Below, piece by piece: positions 29,413 through 39,311 of a DNA stretch of 64,000 bases. The translations under genes and the position numbers were made by a program. A model generated the notes under the pieces. That model made no database searches. It worked only from the letters and a program-made list of their open reading frames with translations, and was not told the origin of the DNA. Source of the stretch: Alistipes sp. (lineage in GTDB: Bacteria > Bacteroidota > Bacteroidia > Bacteroidales > Rikenellaceae). The DNA is taken from the NCBI GenBank assembly GCA_036652255.1, contig JAVVWE010000003.1, forward strand, positions 70,725 through 134,724. The letters are read 5' to 3'. How positions within the stretch are numbered: position 1 is the stretch's first letter; every line of letters begins with the position of its first letter.

Positions 29413-31659
29413 TTATTTCTTGGTGGTGATTCGCAGAACGCCATATTTTCCGCGTGCGCCATACTGTTTCAAGGTCGCTTTCGAGGTGTCGAAATCGAAA
29501 CTGCGAATCAGCTTCTTGTCGAGAGCTTCGTAGGCTTCTACATTGGTCTCATGACCGTCGATTAGGACTAAAGTTTGCTGAAAAAGAGACATACTGGCGA
29601 AATACCCGCCCTTTTTCACCTCGGTTTCCGTGCCATCGCCACAGGAAAAGCTACGCGTCTTGGTGTGGTTATAATCTGCTGCAAGCAAGTCATTTATGTA
29701 TGGAAGAGTCGATTCGTTGGCTCTCTTCAATGTGATTATTACAGCTCCCTCGGCTCCCTCAATCCCATAGGCAGCTTTGCCCTGCTCCTTGTCGAGAACA
29801 ATGAGTTGTGCGATGCGCCGCGCGTCGGGTACTTGGTTGCGCTGACTGATTTGTTTGCCGTTGATTAGGCAGAGCGGCAGAGGATCAGATGCCACACCGG
29901 GCACTCTTACCACGCTGCGTGATAGGCGATAGAGTAGTTCGGGTATCCATTTGCTATACTCCTTATCCCCAAGCATTCGGTTGGTGTTTTTCGAATTACA
30001 CAACAGCCCTGCGGCAGCCATCATCGCATCGCCAGCACCCGATAGGTCGACAACTACTTCGCCCATTTCGTTGTGATGAGCTACTATTTTACCGACAAAT
30101 TGCCAGTCGGCAGGAATCTTGTCCATCTCTTCTTTATCGCGTGCAAGGTCTGCTTCCGACTCCTTTTTCGATATGAGTTTGCTCGTGAGTGAGCCGCTCA
30201 TGGTGAAGGTTGGACCTTTAGGGGCGTTAATCTCTCTCAACTGTAAGGCATCGCCCCAAAAACCGATGTGGTTTGTTATCTCATCTGTTTCGCGGGTTTT
30301 CAATGCCTCTGCAAAGTCGAACGATGGCTCGTCGGGGAGCTTGGTCTTGATTGTAATTACGCCGCCGGTTCCCTTGGTGCCATAGGCTGCCTTGCCCTGC
30401 GTGTAGTCCAGCACCATCATCGAGGTGATGCACGAAGCGTCGGGAACTGTTGCATCTGCTGCAAGGGGTTGTCCGTCAACCAGTATCATCGGCTTGACGT
30501 AGCCCAAGGCTTGCGCATCGGTATCATCCAATGCGGCAATTAAGATGTGGACAAAAGGCACATCCAGTATGACCGTTGTGGAGTCTTGCAATGTGTCGCA
30601 GATTGTGTTGTAATAGGTCAATGAAGCGGCTCCCATCAGCGCATCGCCCTTGCCATCGACCAACACGAACAGTCGCCCTTCCCCCTCGGAGGCAACTGAC
30701 ATTCCACCCGAAAATATTTTTCCGGTTGCGGATTTTTCTCTACCTTTGTCATTAGAAGAGACATAGGTTGTCTGCGCAAATGCGCCAAGTGCGATGCACA
30801 GTAGCGGCAGAGCAAGGAACGCCTTGGCTCCTGCCCACCTTGAAGATTTCTTGCGTAACATCATGGTAATGCGGTTTTTAAGATTACTGTGATTGAGGCT
30901 GTTGGCGACTGAGTACCACCTCCCGCCAACGGCCTTCTTTATTAATAAAAGTTGATAGGCTCGTGCATCGGCACCGGCGGCAAGCACCGCCGCGTCGGCT
31001 TCGTATTCGTGTATTGCGCGCAATTCGCGTCGTAGTAGCCACATGGCAGGATTGAACCATTGTAGGCAACTCAGTAAATCGGTCACCAAGAGGTCAATCG
31101 AGTGTCCACAGGCTATGTGTGCCCGTTCGTGGGCAAGGATTGTTGTGCCATTCTCGGCATAGTCGACATCGGACATTACAATCCACCGCATCCAACTGAA
31201 GGGGGTAAGGGGTGTGCTTTGGCGTGATAGGGTGATGTTGCCATCGAGTGGCTCCAGTTGTCCGCGTCGAATGACCCGTGCGATACCTATCAGCGAACGC
31301 AGTGTCCCGCCAAGGGTTGCTATGGCACCGACAATGAATAAAATTTCGATTGCTAATCCCCATGGAAAGGGGGTGGAGGTGGCAACTTCCGCGGCTTCAG
31401 AGGGCTGCACCTCCAGCTCTTCGGTCGGAAGGATGACCACAGGTGCGACGGCGGATTCGATGTGTGCAGGGGTGGTTGTCAGCTCGCGTTCGATTGTAAT
31501 TGTGCAGACGGGGAGCACGAAGGCGGAGATGGTGGCAAGCATCAACAGTACGCGATTGAGGCGATGGAACGTGTCGCGACTCAGCAAGAGTTTGTAAAAT
31601 AGATAGAAAGCCACAAGGCACGCTCCGACTTTCAGGTTGTAAATTACGAACGGCTCCAT
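29413..31659 (-). CDS. BlaR1/M56 family metallopeptidase-sensor with three plug-like C-terminal modules
   Basis: FHRLNR, FSW, HERAH (HExxH), WFNP, HEYEAD, NRITMM; adjacent to BlaI. Confidence 0.9.
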   Translation of the reverse strand: MEPFVIYNLKVGACLVAFYLFYKLLLSRDTFHRLNRVLLMLATISAFVLPVCTITIERELTTTPAHIESAVAPVVILPTEELEVQPSEAAEVATSTPFPWGLAIEILFIVGAIATLGGTLRSLIGIARVIRRGQLEPLDGNITLSRQSTPLTPFSWMRWIVMSDVDYAENGTTILAHERAHIACGHSIDLLVTDLLSCLQWFNPAMWLLRRELRAIHEYEADAAVLAAGADARAYQLLLIKKAVGGRWYSVANSLNHSNLKNRITMMLRKKSSRWAGAKAFLALPLLCIALGAFAQTTYVSSNDKGREKSATGKIFSGGMSVASEGEGRLFVLVDGKGDALMGAASLTYYNTICDTLQDSTTVILDVPFVHILIAALDDTDAQALGYVKPMILVDGQPLAADATVPDASCITSMMVLDYTQGKAAYGTKGTGGVITIKTKLPDEPSFDFAEALKTRETDEITNHIGFWGDALQLREINAPKGPTFTMSGSLTSKLISKKESEADLARDKEEMDKIPADWQFVGKIVAHHNEMGEVVVDLSGAGDAMMAAAGLLCNSKNTNRMLGDKEYSKWIPELLYRLSRSVVRVPGVASDPLPLCLINGKQISQRNQVPDARRIAQLIVLDKEQGKAAYGIEGAEGAVIITLKRANESTLPYINDLLAADYNHTKTRSFSCGDGTETEVKKGGYFASMSLFQQTLVLIDGHETNVEAYEALDKKLIRSFDFDTSKATLKQYGARGKYGVLRITTKK

Positions 31660-31664
31660 ATTAC

Positions 31665-32021
31665 TTACTGTTTTTCGATACGATTAATCAATTCTTTGAG
31701 TTCGGAGAGTGAGATTTTCTCCTCTTGCACTAAGGCCGATACGGCATCGAGATAAGAATTTTCGAAATAGCGGGTGATTACATTTTTCAGATTTCGTTTC
31801 GAAAATTCCTCTTCACTCATCGTGGGATAGTAGCGGTAGCTGTTTCCGAATGCTTCATGCGCCAAATATCCCTTCGCTTCGAGTGAGCGCACCATGGTGG
31901 ATAGGGTGTTGAAGTGTGGTTTTGGATCGGGTGCAATGGTCACCAATTCGCGAACGAACATTGCCCCCTTTTCCCAAAAGCAGTGCATCAACTCTTCCTC
32001 TTTGTTTGTCATCTTCTCCAT
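31665..32021 (-). CDS. BlaI/MecI/CopY family repressor
   Basis: TNKEEELM, HFNTLSTMVRSLEAKGYL, LVQEEKIS. Confidence 0.93.
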   Translation of the reverse strand: MEKMTNKEEELMHCFWEKGAMFVRELVTIAPDPKPHFNTLSTMVRSLEAKGYLAHEAFGNSYRYYPTMSEEEFSKRNLKNVITRYFENSYLDAVSALVQEEKISLSELKELINRIEKQ

Positions 32022-32048
32022 AGTCGAATTGTTTTATATCGCAAAGGT

Positions 32049-32107
32049 AACTAAAAAATATTCACATACAACTATTTTGTATAGTTATTCAACTAAATAT
32101 TTTAGTT
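32049..32107. promoter_or_regulatory. Putative BlaI operator array
   Basis: AACTAT-N5-ATAGTT (32070-32086), AACTAA-N5-TTAGTT (32091-32107), half site AACTAA at 32049; adjacent to -7 box TACCTTTG (32042-32049, minus). Confidence 0.7.
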
Positions 32108-32145
32108 ACTCCGTTTTTTGCGTGTGGAGTAGGGTATATAAAGCA

Positions 32146-32175
32146 ATAGGAGGCTCCTGAACAGGAGCCTCCTAT
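32146..32175 (-). terminator. Terminator after rpsU
   Basis: 14-bp stem ataggaggctcctg / caggagcctcctat. Confidence 0.8.
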
Positions 32176-32195
32176 ATATATAAGGTTGCAAACGA

Positions 32196-32387
32196 CTATT
32201 CCTCGTCGTCGTGCATATGCCCTACGTAAATAGCATGCTGCATCGCTACGCGCTTCTCAATCGAAGGTTTAGTGAAGTAGTGGCGACGACGGAGTTCTTT
32301 CAGAACGCCCGTGCGCTCGTATTTACGTTTGAATTTTTTCAGAGCGCGCTCGATGTTTTCGCCCTCTTTTACTGGCATGATAATCAT
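32196..32387 (-). CDS. rpsU: 30S ribosomal protein bS21
   Basis: VKEGENIERALKKFKRK...RRRHYFTKPS. Confidence 0.96.
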   Translation of the reverse strand: MIIMPVKEGENIERALKKFKRKYERTGVLKELRRRHYFTKPSIEKRVAMQHAIYVGHMHDDEE

Positions 32388-32452
32388 AATATTCTTACTT
32401 TTTAATGTTTTGTTTTTACTTTTATTTCTTGTTACGATGTTGCTTTCGGACT

Positions 32453-33517
32453 CTATTTTGAGTCCACCTGTCCATATTTCGAGGTCTTGTGTACACTGAA
32501 TCGAAGATAGGGAGCCAGCCGCGCTGCCTCCTCTGGGGTCAATATGTTTTCTTTCACCAACTCTCCGACGGTACTATAACCTCCCTTCAATTGCCTTACT
32601 CTAAGTAACTTCCTTACAATACGCGGTGGCAGGTATGGATGTCTGCTCAGCGCATTTGGAGTTGCAAAGTTAACATCTATTTTTTGAATCTCGCAACTAT
32701 CGCAATAAATTTGTTTCAAAATTTTCTCATAGTTACTCTCCGTCACTTCGCGTAGCTCGGCAAGTTGCTCCACGCGATAGAATCCGCCTAAGCGTTCGCG
32801 ATAGCGGATGATTGCCGTAACACTCTTAGCTCCAATGCCAAATACGCTGCGCAAGGTGGCAGAGTCGGCGGTATTTAGCTCCACCGGGTTGCGCAATGGG
32901 TCGCGTCGTTCGGTGAAGCGAATGTAGGGTGCGAGGGCGTTGGCTATGGAGTCGGAGACCACATAGCAGTCGCGAAATTCCTCCATATCGCGGATGCCGT
33001 GCAGGTCGCGCCAGCGCACAAAAGTGGCGGCTTGGCGTTTTGACAGTGCTCCAATGGCGCGCAGGTAGCCTGCTGAGACCGTGTCGACCAAAAACGGTGC
33101 AGGGGCGAGTAGCGGCTTGATGGTGCGTTCGGTGCGATAAGTATGGGGCACAAAGGCATATTTGCGGTCAATATGGATGTAGGGGGCTAATTGAAAATAG
33201 AGTGAATCGCTGAAATCGTAGCAGGTTGCTACATCTTCGGGAATCCGAAAAACTTTGCCTGCAGCGCGATATTTCAGTAGACTTACCGCTTCGCGCTTGG
33301 TGAGCCCAAGTCGCCGAAGTCCCTCGTAATCAATGGTATTCGGGTCGAAATGGAAAAGGGTGACGCTATCTGTTCGCTGTTCTAATTGCGTGGTGAGTTG
33401 CTCGGTAGTTGAGGGGTTGGCTTTGGGGCGAATGAAGATGACCGCCATTGCAAGCAACCCGGCTAAGGGAAGAAAGAGCATCAGTCCGCGAATTTCGCGA
33501 TTCGAGAAAAGACCCAT
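32453..33517 (-). CDS. ComEA-like multi helix-hairpin-helix protein
   Basis: N-terminal TM; FDPNTID...LGL, VELNTADSATLRSVFGIG, IDVNFAT...HPYL. Confidence 0.85.
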   Translation of the reverse strand: MGLFSNREIRGLMLFLPLAGLLAMAVIFIRPKANPSTTEQLTTQLEQRTDSVTLFHFDPNTIDYEGLRRLGLTKREAVSLLKYRAAGKVFRIPEDVATCYDFSDSLYFQLAPYIHIDRKYAFVPHTYRTERTIKPLLAPAPFLVDTVSAGYLRAIGALSKRQAATFVRWRDLHGIRDMEEFRDCYVVSDSIANALAPYIRFTERRDPLRNPVELNTADSATLRSVFGIGAKSVTAIIRYRERLGGFYRVEQLAELREVTESNYEKILKQIYCDSCEIQKIDVNFATPNALSRHPYLPPRIVRKLLRVRQLKGGYSTVGELVKENILTPEEAARLAPYLRFSVHKTSKYGQVDSK

Positions 33518-33518
33518 G

Positions 33519-35297
33519 CTACCAATCTTCTTGTTCGGAGTGCAGCAGTGCGCGGTAGCGACGGCTTGGCGACTCTATAAACGTTCCGATGTGATATTCC
33601 GCCCATCGGCTATCGACCAAGTCGATGGTTGCGGGTAACGCGGTGACCACATTGGGGAAGCGAGATGGGTAGGATGCTTCACCGGGGCGTTTGCTGCGCG
33701 CGTCGATGCGTAGCGTTTCGCCACACAAGCTCACGTCGCGTCGTGGATCGGTGTTTGCCGCTGCGAGCCACAGCAACTCCTCGCCCGACAAGCCTTGCGC
33801 TGCGGTGTCGAAGAGTACGAAGTATTTTGATTCAGAAGGCGTTTTCACCTCTGCATCGTGCTCGGTAAAGGCAATTGTCACGCCCCACATGGCTTGATAA
33901 TCCTCCCCGTTGATTGCTTCGGTTGTTGCCTCTGTGGGTTGCTGATTCGTCAAGTCAAGGGCTAATTTTCCTCCGAAACCGAGGGTTGCAGTGGCGTGGT
34001 CGAGCACGTCGAGAATTCCCTCACTGCGAATTAAATCGCGATGTAGGTCGGCGGAGCGAATGAGTTTCGCCAAGTGTTGAGTGTTGCGCACATCGGTAGT
34101 AGCAGGGGTGATGAGGAGATATTTGTTGAACATCATCTGTCCCGCACCCCACAGACCCTGAGCCACTTTCGCGGCTTGACCTTCGTAACGGCGGGCGATA
34201 GAGACGACGGCTAAATTGTGTGCTGTGCCCGCTGTGGGCATGGTTAAATCGACCACCTCAGGTTGCACGGCAAGGCGGATGGGGGCAAGGAAAATCCGCT
34301 CCGTAGCCTTGGCGATGTAGCTATCCTCTTGGGGTGGCACACCGACCACCGTGGCGGGATAGATGGCATTGTGCCGGTGGGTGATGGCAGTTACGTGGAA
34401 GAGCGGATAACGATCCGTGAGCGAGTAGAACCCCGTGTGGTCGCCAAAAGCTCCCTCTACGGTCTTCTCTTCTGCAGGATCGACATAACCCTCAATCACA
34501 AAGTCGCAATCAGCAGGTATGAGTAGCTCATTTGTCAGGCAGTGAACAAGTTGCACTGGTTTGCGCCGCAGAAAACCGGCTAATAAATACTCGTCCATAT
34601 TATCGGGCATCGGAGCGGTTGCGGCATAGGTATAGGCGGGGTCACCACCCAACGCTACCGCCACGGGCATCCGCTTTCCGAGCCGTTTGTAGGCTTCGTA
34701 GTGGCGGGCTCCCGTCTTGTGAATGTGCCAGTGCATACCCGTTGTGCGCTCGTCGAAAATTTGCATACGATACATTCCGACGTTGCGCGCTCCCGTCTGA
34801 GGATCGAGCGTGTGCACCATGGGTAATGTTACGAAACGCCCTCCATCGCAACCCCAGCATTTCAGGATCGGAAGTGCTGCAAGTGAGGCATCTGTACCCG
34901 TGTGAATCACCTGCTGACAGGCTCCGCGTGCTCTTGTTATTCGCGGAAACCAGCGCGACATCTCCGCCAACATGGGCAGCATACGCAGCTTGTCGGCAAA
35001 GGTGTTTTTGGGAGTCAGGGCTTGTTGCAGCAGTGCGTCAATGCGAGTGGTCAGAGCTTCGAGCGACTCGGTGCCCAACGCCAATGCCATGCGTCGATCC
35101 GAGCCGAAGAGGTTCGTCAACACGGGGAAGGCAGTGCCTGTGTTCTCGAACAGTAATGCTTTGCCGCCGCCCGTGCTTTTCGACACGCGATCCGTCACCT
35201 CGGCAATCTCGTAGATGGGATCGACGAGTGTTGTGATGCGCACCAATTCTCCTGCGCGTTCCAAACGTGTAACGTATTCACTTAGACTTCGATACAT
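33519..35297 (-). CDS. UbiD family (menaquinone-biosynthesis type) decarboxylase
   Basis: LTNLFGS, NVGMYRMQ, TGMHWHIHK, EGAFGDHTGFY, VVGVPPQED. Confidence 0.9.
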   Translation of the reverse strand: MYRSLSEYVTRLERAGELVRITTLVDPIYEIAEVTDRVSKSTGGGKALLFENTGTAFPVLTNLFGSDRRMALALGTESLEALTTRIDALLQQALTPKNTFADKLRMLPMLAEMSRWFPRITRARGACQQVIHTGTDASLAALPILKCWGCDGGRFVTLPMVHTLDPQTGARNVGMYRMQIFDERTTGMHWHIHKTGARHYEAYKRLGKRMPVAVALGGDPAYTYAATAPMPDNMDEYLLAGFLRRKPVQLVHCLTNELLIPADCDFVIEGYVDPAEEKTVEGAFGDHTGFYSLTDRYPLFHVTAITHRHNAIYPATVVGVPPQEDSYIAKATERIFLAPIRLAVQPEVVDLTMPTAGTAHNLAVVSIARRYEGQAAKVAQGLWGAGQMMFNKYLLITPATTDVRNTQHLAKLIRSADLHRDLIRSEGILDVLDHATATLGFGGKLALDLTNQQPTEATTEAINGEDYQAMWGVTIAFTEHDAEVKTPSESKYFVLFDTAAQGLSGEELLWLAAANTDPRRDVSLCGETLRIDARSKRPGEASYPSRFPNVVTALPATIDLVDSRWAEYHIGTFIESPSRRYRALLHSEQEDW

Positions 35298-36096
35298 AAT
35301 CTAATGCTTTTTTTACGGATCCGTAACGGGTGAGTAATTCTTGTGCTTGTGCCGGTTCTACACCCGAAGCCTCAACCACCATGCGTATGCCGCGCGCAAC
35401 CAACTTGTCATTGGTTAACTGCATATTAACCATACGATTACCTTCCACACGTCCCAAGCGAATCATCACCGCTGTTGAGAGCATATTAAGCACCATTTTT
35501 TGTGCCGTACCTGCCTTCATGCGTGTTGAGCCTGTCACAAATTCGGGACCCACAATCGCCTCCATCGCATATTCTGCCTCCACCGCTACGGGCGACGAGG
35601 GGTTGCAGGTGATGGAGCCCGTGAGTAGTCCATATTTGCGTGCAGTGTGCAGACCACCAATCACATAGGGCGTTGTACCCGATGCTGCAATGCCTACCAA
35701 AATATCGTTTGCGGTGGGGGTATAGGGTTGCATATCGCGCCATGCGCCCTGTTGGTCATCCTCGGCGTGCTCCACGGCTCGCCGCAAGGCACCGTCACCA
35801 CCTGCGATGAGCCCAATCACCCAATCGAACGGCACACCGTAGGTTGGGGGCAACTCCGATGCGTCGGTCACGGCTAAACGTCCGCTTGTGCCGGCTCCGA
35901 TGTAGAACATCCGCCCACCGCGTGCCATGCGCTCAACAGCCTGTGTAACAAATAGTTCAAGCGTTGGAATCGTCTGTGCCACAGCTGCCGCCACCCCTGC
36001 ATCTTCGTGGTTGATTGCCTCCAACAACGCACGCACCGGCATCTGTTGCAGGTTGTCGTAGTCCGATGTCTGCTCGGTGATTCTATTTTCCTTCAT
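35278..36096 (-). CDS. murQ: N-acetylmuramic acid 6-phosphate etherase
   Basis: GAGTSGRL, DASELPPTYG, AVEHAED, GPEFVTGSTRMKAGTAQK, GNRMVN. Confidence 0.96.
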   Translation of the reverse strand: MKENRITEQTSDYDNLQQMPVRALLEAINHEDAGVAAAVAQTIPTLELFVTQAVERMARGGRMFYIGAGTSGRLAVTDASELPPTYGVPFDWVIGLIAGGDGALRRAVEHAEDDQQGAWRDMQPYTPTANDILVGIAASGTTPYVIGGLHTARKYGLLTGSITCNPSSPVAVEAEYAMEAIVGPEFVTGSTRMKAGTAQKMVLNMLSTAVMIRLGRVEGNRMVNMQLTNDKLVARGIRMVVEASGVEPAQAQELLTRYGSVKKALDYVSKSK

Positions 36097-36907
36097 GATA
36101 TTCGATTAATCCTGCCGCGGGGGAGGCGGTGATGCGCCCCACGCGGTATCCCTGTTCAATCATTACAGCACGTAACTCCGTCTCCAAAGCGGCCGCCACG
36201 CCACCCGTGAATGCTACCTCTGCGTGGGGATAGTGCTGCAAATTACGCTCCGCAAATTCGCGGAATGCGTTGTGCACGAGTGTACGTATGCCCTGTGTTT
36301 CAATGTGTTGGTAAATGAATGGAACGAGCGATGCCAAAAAACGATTGGCTTGCGGTTCTCGATAGACGCGACGAATTACCTCTTCGTAATTAAGTTTGTG
36401 GGTGGCATAAAATACGGATGTAAGTTCCTCTCCCAGTGTCCCTTTTAGCAGCCCATTGAGTAATTTGCGTCCCAAAGCTGCGCCACTTCCCTCGTCACCG
36501 AGGATGTAGCCCAGTGGCGGTACATTGTGCACAATGTGCTCCCCGTCGTAGTAACACGAATTAGACCCTGTGCCGAGAATGCAGGTGATGCCCGCCTTGC
36601 GTCCAAACAACGCTCGTGCCGCACCCAAAAGATCGGAATAGAGTTCAATGTTGCAAGTGTTAAAATGCTGTGATAAGGTGTTGTGTAAAGTTTGAGTCGC
36701 CGCAGGAAAATGCTCCCCGCAGCCTGCACCGTAGAACACTACTCGTGAGGGTTTGAGCGTTTGGGGTAACTCTTCAAGCGAGTGCATCACCTCTTTGGGG
36801 GTGTGAAGTGCGGCGTTGATGCCTTGGGTGCGGAGCGTTTGGATGCTCGCCCCCTCGACGCACATCCAGTCGCACTTGGTCGATCCGCTGTCTGCTATTA
36901 TATACAT
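36083..36907 (-). CDS. BadF/BcrAD-type amino-sugar (GlcNAc/MurNAc) kinase
   Basis: IADSGSTKCDW, FYGAGC, ILGTGSNS, GYILGDEGSG; next to murQ. Confidence 0.88.
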   Translation of the reverse strand: MYIIADSGSTKCDWMCVEGASIQTLRTQGINAALHTPKEVMHSLEELPQTLKPSRVVFYGAGCGEHFPAATQTLHNTLSQHFNTCNIELYSDLLGAARALFGRKAGITCILGTGSNSCYYDGEHIVHNVPPLGYILGDEGSGAALGRKLLNGLLKGTLGEELTSVFYATHKLNYEEVIRRVYREPQANRFLASLVPFIYQHIETQGIRTLVHNAFREFAERNLQHYPHAEVAFTGGVAAALETELRAVMIEQGYRVGRITASPAAGLIEYHEGK

Positions 36908-37033
36908 AGGTACAAAGATAGCAGAAATTCAAAATTCAGAATTGAAAATTGAAAATTATTTTTCTATGAGGTCTTTCATATATCGCAAAATTGCCCCACT
37001 CCGTGCTTTCTGCACCTATCCTGCTTATCGCTC

Positions 37034-37068
37034 ACAGCCGAGCGGAGGATTACCCTCCGCTCGGCTGT
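37034..37068. repeat. 15-bp GC-rich inverted repeat downstream of ABC-F
   Basis: acagccgagcggagg-attac-cctccgctcggctgt; no U-tract on either side. Confidence 0.75.
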
Positions 37069-37089
37069 CATTGCGCGGTGTAGCCGTGA

Positions 37090-38712
<1,623 letters not shown>

Positions 38713-38779
38713 TTATAATCGAAATGAGGTGCAAAGATAGGGCAAATCCTGCTGTTTAGCAAGTAAATTAGCCACCAGA

Positions 38780-38816
38780 CAAAAAGAAGGCTGCTACACA
38801 CGTGCAGCAGCCTTCT
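38780..38816 (-). terminator. Terminator after dksA-like gene
   Basis: agaaggctgct...agcagccttct stem followed by TTTTT on minus strand. Confidence 0.85.
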
Positions 38817-38845
38817 AATTAGTCACTATTCAGCCTTCGAAGGGA

Positions 38846-39235
38846 TTATTTACGCCCCTCTTTTGCTTCGATACACTCTGTGGCGTGCGGAACTTTCATC
38901 AAACGCTCTTTGGGAATCAACTTCCCTGTTGTTTTGCAAATTCCGTAACTTTTATTTTCGATGCGTACCAATGCCATTTCGAGGTTGCGAATGAATTTCA
39001 TTTGGTGTGTTGCCAACCGTCCGCTCTCCTCCTTAGATAGGGTCGTAGCACCCTCTTCCAACACCTTGAAGGTGGGGGATGTATCCTCGGTATCATTGTC
39101 TGCCGTATGCGTAATTGTGGCGCGGAGTAGCTCGTAGTCCGTGCGCGCATTTTCGAGTTTTGTAAGGATGAGTTGTTTGAACTCAGCAAGCTCGATGTCG
39201 CTGTATCTTGTTTTTTCGTCTGCCATAATTATCAC
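38846..39235 (-). CDS. TraR/DksA family regulator
   Basis: ALVRIENKSYGICKTTGKLIPKERLMKVPHATECIEAK. Confidence 0.9.
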   Translation of the reverse strand: MIIMADEKTRYSDIELAEFKQLILTKLENARTDYELLRATITHTADNDTEDTSPTFKVLEEGATTLSKEESGRLATHQMKFIRNLEMALVRIENKSYGICKTTGKLIPKERLMKVPHATECIEAKEGRK

Positions 39236-39311
39236 TTCCTATGTTTGTATTATACTTATGTAAAATTAAACTAAATTTTTGGAAGTTCCAAATTTTACGT
39301 CCTAAATCAAT

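Noticed and set aside
29413-32021. BlaI/BlaR1 as a beta-lactam resistance locus
   Set aside because: No beta-lactamase or PBP gene nearby and no penicillin-binding domain in the sensor.
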